DNA of 57,144 bases, the filler included, from Perkinsus olseni (lineage: Eukaryota), in the NCBI GenBank assembly GCA_013115125.1. It is 2 parts of 2 records of this genome, joined end to end, with 100 filler letters (N's around TTAATTAATTAA, not from the genome) between each part and the next. Parts side by side here need not be neighbours in the genome. Positions count along the whole stretch, not along the records: positions 28,650 to 57,144 come from JABANN010000446.1; 1 more part is not named here. The stretch is one strand, 5' to 3'. A program made the translations under genes and the position numbers. Positions 50,280 through 57,144 of this stretch are shown here, in pieces; position 1 is the first letter of the stretch; each line of letters begins with the position of its first letter. The notes below the pieces were generated by a model. The model made no database searches. It was given only the letters and a program-made list of their open reading frames with translations, and was not told the DNA's origin.

Positions 50280-50975
50280 ACTGAGATGAAGCTAGATAAC
50301 TCTTAACTGAGATAAACGCTATATATCCCACATCCCGTATCTAGCGCGTTGAAGAAGGTAAATGAATAGCCGGCTCAGCCAAAATCGATCCTCGTAAGGA
50401 ATCTCAAGAGAGCAAGATTTCAAGTTCCCCTTTGAGTTGTCTCTGACCTAACGACGAAGAAGAATGTCGGCGTCGCCTCTCTTTCCCTTCTTCAGCAGTG
50501 TTCGGTGCCCGTATTCTGAACTCTCGAAACCTCGTGAGATGATTGCTTCGAAGATGATTATAAATCTACTGTGATACTACCACATCTGCGTAGGTTCTCA
50601 ACGGAAACGGACAGCCCGGAATTTCTTAATTTCCAGCAGTTCAACGGTGTATATTACTGCGACTTCCAACGGTATCACGAGAAGGTTCGAACTCAAGTTG
50701 CTACAGACGATTTCTCCGGTCAGGTTCGAAACGGGAAGAGTTTTTCCGAAAAATTGCATCGCTCTTCGAAATCTTTTCGAGTGTCAATCATCGACTTAAA
50801 CGAGCTTATCGGTTTGGATAGAGTTCGAAGTTCTCATTCAGGCTTCGATGCGTCGATCGTCTCTCATGGACTTTACGGAGTTTCCACTGAGCTGGCTTCC
50901 GACTTAGTCACGACTTGTAACGATCCTATTCTAACCATTTCAGTGTTATTTGAGGCTCCCGCGATTTTGCTAGTG

Positions 50976-51995
50976 ATGAGCAGCAGATCCCCGTCAACCA
51001 CGTCAGCAGGCCAGTCTAGTCCTCGGCGACCGCCGACTCTACCGCCGATCAGATGCCCTTCCCCGGGCAGCTTCGACCAGGCATCCGACGTTTCGCCGTC
51101 CTCTGTCCGCGTCGAGAACTTCAACACCTTCTTGCACTTCACCGTTGAGGATGAGTTCTTCGCTGGATCCCCGAGATTGGCTGCGAGCGTTTATTCTGCT
51201 AACGAATCCGACGAGGCTTCGGTGCTCATGAGCCCGCGTTATCGATCCCAGAGCGAGTGTCTTGAACTGAGCAATCGTATGCGAGTGCGGCTTGGCAGTC
51301 TGGGCGGGCGAGAAGAAAGCGTCGCGGTTGACGAAGCGTTCGGTTTTTCTCATCCCCGAAGCCCCGACGCTGCCGATGACCTGGTTTTGGTTGTCGAGGA
51401 GGACCCTCCGCCGAGAGTTGAGGAAGAGGGGGAAGAGGAGTTGGTGATGGTCGTTGAAGAGGATCCACGTGAAACGCCTGAAGTCGATCGGAGCGGGCGG
51501 CGACAACGGTCTAAAATGGAAGATAGAGATCACTACTCAACCCGTCACATGCCTGCAGAAAAGAAGACGACAGTGATGCTCCGGAACATCCCCAACAAGT
51601 ACACTCAGAGGATGCTCCTTGACGTCATCCGGGCGCGAGGTTTCGATACTAAATTCAATTTCTTCTACCTCCCGATCGACTTCCGAAACCGCTGCAACAT
51701 GGGGTACGCATTTGTCAACTTCATCAATCATGACGCGGCGATGGAGTTCATGAACGCCTTCGAGGGCTACAAGCTTGAGGGATTTAATTCTCTTAAAGTC
51801 TGTCAGACAGGCTTCTCCCGCATCCAAGGTCTCGATGCAAACATTAACCACTACCGCAACTCCCCCGTGAACTACGTGTCGATACCGGAGTATCGTCCCT
51901 TATGGTTCGTAGAGGGCAAAGAGATGCCCTTCCCCGGTCCCACACAGCACACAAGGAAGGCTCCTCATTATGGCGGCCATCGGTCACGGTCCTGA
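50976..51995 (+). CDS. Mei2-like RNA-binding protein (C-terminal Mei2-type RRM), intronless
   Basis: TTVMLRNIPNKYTQ.ML, FFYLPIDFRNRCNMGYAFVNF, SRIQG...NINHYRNSPV. The first ATG at 50976 follows a ttttgctag acceptor. Confidence 0.92.
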   Translation: MSSRSPSTTSAGQSSPRRPPTLPPIRCPSPGSFDQASDVSPSSVRVENFNTFLHFTVEDEFFAGSPRLAASVYSANESDEASVLMSPRYRSQSECLELSNRMRVRLGSLGGREESVAVDEAFGFSHPRSPDAADDLVLVVEEDPPPRVEEEGEEELVMVVEEDPRETPEVDRSGRRQRSKMEDRDHYSTRHMPAEKKTTVMLRNIPNKYTQRMLLDVIRARGFDTKFNFFYLPIDFRNRCNMGYAFVNFINHDAAMEFMNAFEGYKLEGFNSLKVCQTGFSRIQGLDANINHYRNSPVNYVSIPEYRPLWFVEGKEMPFPGPTQHTRKAPHYGGHRSRS

Positions 51996-52476
51996 AGCGG
52001 TTGATACTGAGATTGCTGCCTTAGTTCGGGTGTGTATAATTGTTAATAGATAATCGATTGCCTTGTTCATGTCACTCTGTTTATTTCTGGGTCAGAATGC
52101 ATATCCCGAGGACGATGTCTTCCCTTCCGTGAAAGAAAGATATGCTTGCAGTTCTGAGTTGATTGATACTCTCAGCGAGTTTTGTTGCACCATTCCTCTG
52201 TCATTCGAGATATCGTCCACGAGTTGTAGTTTGTCAATTTCCAAGGGTGGAAGATTCGATGTTCTGGCTTTCTGTTCAATCAAACCGGTAAGTGCAGCGC
52301 ATCGAGCACACATAATGAAAATGGTGAGCCGTTGTGAGATTTCGCTTTATCAGCGATTTCGCTCGCTACCGAGCGTACCTTCCGACGATTTACGATGTTC
52401 AAACGCTCGCAGGAAACAACAACTCTCGACGTATTTTCCATTTTTTTGTTGAGCGATTTATCATTGCTTTTCCGGC

Positions 52477-55400
52477 ATGGCCGCTACCGTCATGAGGACT
52501 AGCTTGGCTGCTATAATGGTAGGGTATGGATTGAAGACCTCTTCAGTTCGCTTAGACACTAGCCTTCGGCTTCGTTAGTAATCGGTAGTACCTCCTAGGC
52601 TTCGTTTCGTGAGCAGTCATTGCTTCATGAATCGCCATCTCTGCTGGTCATCAGTTGATGAATTTACTGATTGGATTATGGTTGAAGTGAGTGTTTGAAT
52701 CACTCTCATCAAAAGACATCCTTTAGACAGTCCAGTCGGAATCGCACAGAACCAGCCTACTGGTCAGCTGGGAAAGCACGCTCCAGACATTTCCGGCAAG
52801 TCGTAACAGAAGCGAGCCTTTTCACCTAGTAGACCGCCTCGCCCTAACCTCTCACGCGATTTTCGGACCCGCTTTCTCTCCATGCACGATCTCTCAGGAG
52901 ACGGACGCTGAAGACGACCCGGCCGCTGTCACGGAGGAGGTCCTAGATGTGCATGCTGCGAACAAGATGCTACTGGAAGCCAGCGCTGAAGATGATACAG
53001 CCCAGTGTTTGAGTCTTCTGGCCAAACGAGCGGTATTCAGGGATAGCGATTCGGAAACCGGAGGTCTTCAGTCTTTTGGCCACTTCTACAGCGGTTCAGT
53101 CTGACGCCGAGTCCTGCTTAGGATCCTACTTGCCGTGATGCCAAGATGTGGACGCCTCTCACCTGGGCGGCATCCAATGGCAACGAGATAGTCACGAGGT
53201 GATTACCGCTCAGGATCCTCGATTCCCTGACCGAGTTCAGGTCCCTTTTATCTCGGGGTGGGGGCGTCGTCTTCCGCTCCGCTCGAGAGAGTCTCACGGA
53301 CGTAGGACGTACCATTTCCTCTCGTCGTACAATTGTAAGGCGTGCGCCTGGGCACTCGGGCGTCCTGCAGTCTGCTGTTCTGTCGCGAGAGGCTGCCTCG
53401 TAAACACAAGCTGGTGTACTCGGAGTAGTCTTCGCTCGTTCTGTCAGGCGCCAGCCAAGTCTATGAAACACACACCATTGCACTGGGCGGCATTCAAAGG
53501 TCATCTGAAGGTACGTCGCGTGTACGAGGGACCTTCTTACTCATTTTGCCTTCGCAGATCGTGTGGCTTCTTCTCAAGGATGGTATGAGCCCACACGATG
53601 TGGACCATTTGGGGAACACGGTTCTCCACCAGGTGAACCGAATCTCCGATCTCTATAGCCTCTCTGTCCCTCAGTGCAATCGGCACTAGATTATGCTTCT
53701 GGACTTCGCTACGTTATCGTTAGTCGCACTTCGGGAGGGTCGGGCGAGATCACCTCAGTAAGCATGCGTCAGGCTGCCGCTGGAGGCTCGGCGGAGGTCG
53801 TCTCGTGTCTCCTAGCGCAAGGTTGTGACGTAGCGGCCAAGAATGTTCGCGGTCACGAACCTATCGCCTTGTGCACAGCGGTAGGCTGATGATCTCCCGA
53901 GCTGCGGGAACCTTGCCTTCTCAGGAGAGATCTCGGGCTATGCTGAAGAGGGCGATGAGTGCTCATGTTTGTTACGCAACAGGTTTGCTCGCGCCCTACG
54001 CCTCACCGAGTCTGTCCTCGGGGTCTCGGTAACATTTTCTTCCATTTTGTTTTTCAAGTCGTTGTAGTCCATTGATGTTGATACTGAATCCACCGTAGTG
54101 ATGTGGAATTGGCCGGTTTGTTTGAAGAAGCCGCAAGGGCCGTTTTGCAGGAACGCAATTCTCCGCGAAAAAGAGGCGATTCCTGTGCGAATGGACTCGT
54201 AACTTCTTCTGCGACTCCGAGGTTGTTCGGGGCTACGCATACAACAATCACTCGGACAAAGTGAGTTTCTTTAGCAGCAGCTCAGAAGAATCTCTACGCT
54301 TCCAAGCTATCGAGGCGCGTTGCAGATCGGCGGCTATTGCGGGCCAACCGCTCCATGAGACGGCCCGTTAAGCGAGTCGTCCCCATCATAGGTCCCCGAG
54401 AGGCCGTTTACCTATTGCGAGGAAGTTGCTGACAATGCCAACGCTTGCGATAATCGTCTGAACGAACTGACGCAACGGCACAGCGCGAATTTGGAGGAGC
54501 TGGAAAAGCTACAGGAAGAAGTGACTGCACCAGTTCCCTCCCATACAGAGACCTTTCTTCAGCTCGAGGAAGCCAGGACTGAGTCGACCCAGTGGCCGTG
54601 CGACGTTAAAGTCCTTCACGAAGCGGGGATCTTCGGAACTAAAATCGCTAGCAGTATAGCCCTTCGCGTGAGTGATTAATCTACCCTTAAGAGCGCTCAA
54701 TTCACTTGGACGGCAGAAAGCGGAGCTAAAGGGCACTTATGAAGAAACCCCAGAGCAATCGTCGCTAGTCACGATTGTGGATGAGCTGGCTTCGGCTCTG
54801 GATGCGGGAGCGCAGACAGGAGTGGCTCCTGGGGATATCAAACGAGCCCGGTAGAGCGAATTGGGGGCTACGTCCGTCGAAGAGTGCTGAAATATTCGCG
54901 ACGAGTTGGAGTAGGTGAGGTGGCCGCCTGCAGCGTGAAACTGAATCACCTCCCGTCTCTCATTAGCTTCAATCCTGCATTCTCGCGAGCTGAGGGCTTC
55001 GGCCGTCCGGATCGTCTGTTTTTGGCCTTAGCGCCGACTCTTTCCTCAGTTTAGTCCGTACTCGAGCCCTGTGTGATCTGGCTCTCCTCCGGGCCATCGA
55101 AGACACCACCAAGTGGGTTGACCAAGCCGTTCGTCTCAAGTTTCGCGTTGCAGGGGCAGGTCCGCTCGTCTGGATGCATTGCACAAGACAATCGGTGCGT
55201 CCGAACTGGTGGGACCCTGGCCAGCTAAAGGGCACGAATTCATCGCTGTAGACAGGAATCGGCTAATCCTCGTTTGATCGCGAGAGGCCAACGCCTTCGG
55301 AAGAAGCTTGAAGTCAAAGACCGCATGTCGTGAGTCGGGGGTGATCCGGGCGACTCAGTCGGTGCCACTGGCCTAGCCGACAGTACAGTCCAGCCGCCTT

Positions 55401-56319
55401 CCAGAGAGGTTATGAGAATGCATACATTATTGATAACGTGCGGGTAGGCCGGCTCGGGCTGAGCCCCTGTATCCCGGGGCATGCCGGCCTCGCATGGACA
55501 GATCTAGCTAAGTGGAACTCATCTGAACATGTGCAGGCGCCACCTGGCATCGGTCCAACCAATGCTGGGGATCACGTCCCTTCGTGGCCTTGAAGAGGAG
55601 CTCATGAACTCTCTGCCGCAGTGGGCGAAAGACAGCGACAAGTGGTTCCACGCTGTTCGAGTTCTCCCTTCGAACGCCCTATCAGGTTCCTCTCTATGGT
55701 GGACGAATTTGCTGCCACAGCGGACGAGGCAGCCAGCCTCGTAGCGCCGGAAGGAGGTCGGTCGTCAGTCACGTGGGCTGCCCAGCGTATATTCATCATT
55801 ACCTGTTGACGATCCTTAGTAGGGAGGATAGAATCCACCACCGTAAATCATAGAGTATCTGTCAAAAAATTTCCTGCTGGAGGCGAAAACCCTCAACGGA
55901 CCCCGCAGAATTTTTCTTTGTCGCTCAGACTCCGTAGGAACGGACGAGGCTCTCTTCGATGCCGAAACTCTAGCAGAGTGGAAAACTGCATCGGATGTGA
56001 GTCAGGAAGCGCGTTCTCGTCTCCACAGCTTCATGTCGCACGATTTCGCTAGCACCTGACACTGCATGGTCTTTGTCAACGGACTCATGACGGAAACGGA
56101 GCTTTTGACCCCATGCTGTGTGATCTCTGCCTTGACTATTGCCGTAAAGAACTCAATTATTCGATGCGAAGGTTTCGCTTCATTTCTGGCTTGATCTCTC
56201 GCCCGGGTTACGTAGTATTTTCTCAGAACCTTCATCGTCTTTTCTCGGAGAAGAAACAGCTTGAGGAAGAAACGGCTGCTGCTGCCGCGAAGAAAAAGAA
56301 AGGCAAAAAGAAGAAATGA
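52477..56319 (+). CDS. Ankyrin-repeat protein with a Cys-containing middle region and coiled-coil, lysine-rich C-terminus; many exons
   Basis: WTPLTWAASNGN, HTPLHWAAFKGHLK, GNTVLHQAAAGG, GCDVAAKNVRGHEP; ends AAAAKKKKGKKKK*. The start is uncertain. Confidence 0.8.
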
Positions 56320-56521
56320 GCATGTTGATGATGTGCCGCGTGCGAGTCACACTGGTTGAGTTTGGGGATGATGTGAGTCAACGAGTGGGGATGAAGCGCT
56401 CCCACTGGCCCCGGCTTGCTCAGATCAAACGAAAGTGGGCTGAACGAGTTGATCCGAGGCGAAACCTGTGTGATCTGCTGCCCATCAGCCGGTCTCCGGC
56501 AGCAGGCTCAGTAGGGCTCCA

Positions 56522-57144
56522 TTATGTAGTGGATAGCACTGCTGAGAGAGAGCCATCACAGGACTGTCCTAGTTGATCCCTGCACCACACAGGCCTCGGT
56601 GGGCGCGCTTCTACCCCGGAAAAAAGATCGGCGTAGAGGGCCACGATGATATTGAGATAATCTTCAACTCGTTTCGCCTCACTATACCCTCCGAGGTCAT
56701 CACCGATGCCGGTGACGGTTTCGAACCCTCGAGGAGGGAAGATCCTCCGCGTCATTAGTATCCACTTCCAGCTGCTCGTCGTGAAGGTTTCATTCCTACC
56801 CACAGTTCTCGTGCGGAATCCCGGGAAATAGTTCTCAATGAGAACTATTTCCCGGGATTCCGCATGAGAACTTCTCATGCAGATATCGCATGACCCGCGT
56901 ATAGCCTTCTCCCTGTGCTCCACAGCACGAGGTTTGATATATTTTTTATATTTGGTTCCCGCGTGCATGGTAGAGCCTCTCAGAGTTCAGCCACCACCCC
57001 GTGGTCACTGGCGGCCTCTCAGCCTGCAATTCCACGCTTCTGGAGCTAGGTTCCAGATTACTCTAGGCTGCGTGTTGAGCAATGAGTGCTTGATGTGACC
57101 CTTATAGTTAACGCAAGCCATCGTACATAGTCATAGGTCTCAGT
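56522..57144 (-). CDS. Hypothetical protein, 3' part (5' end probably beyond the window)
   Basis: 148-aa minus-strand ORF 56522-56968 with globular composition, convergent with the ankyrin gene. Confidence 0.4.

Noticed and set aside
50571-50975. N-terminal extension of the Mei2-like ORF given in the ORF track
   Set aside because: It starts at GTG with no in-frame ATG until 50976, and an acceptor-like ttttgctag sits just before that ATG.

Overview
This is gene-dense eukaryotic DNA with many short (~45-60 nt) GT-AG introns. Intron style, alveolate-type protein signatures and a TTAATTAATTAA scaffold linker suggest a Perkinsus-like alveolate (inference, not a database match). Recognisable genes: two tandem full-length ABCB/MDR P-glycoproteins, a branched-chain aminotransferase, an ABCB half-transporter, a 2H cyclic phosphodiesterase, two TMEM14 paralogs, CCDC137-like and URI/Bud27-like proteins, an HD phosphohydrolase, IscU, two tandem ARF1 genes, a Mei2-like RRM protein and an ankyrin-repeat protein. 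Several multi-exon orphan or possibly decayed genes are also present. No rRNA, complete tRNA, CRISPR array or recognisable transposase/reverse transcriptase was seen. Three signals stand out: (i) a large minus-strand locus at 36.8-42.3 kb built from acidic-SF(V/I/L/N)(E/Q)-basic modules that resemble apicomplexan secretory maturase sites; (ii) perfect palindromes with a 1-nt spacer, often chained X-X'-X, concentrated in non-coding DNA; (iii) patchy near-identity between tandem paralogs (MDR pair, ARF1 pair) that looks like gene conversion. Exon boundaries were read by eye, and multi-exon genes are given as start-to-stop spans.
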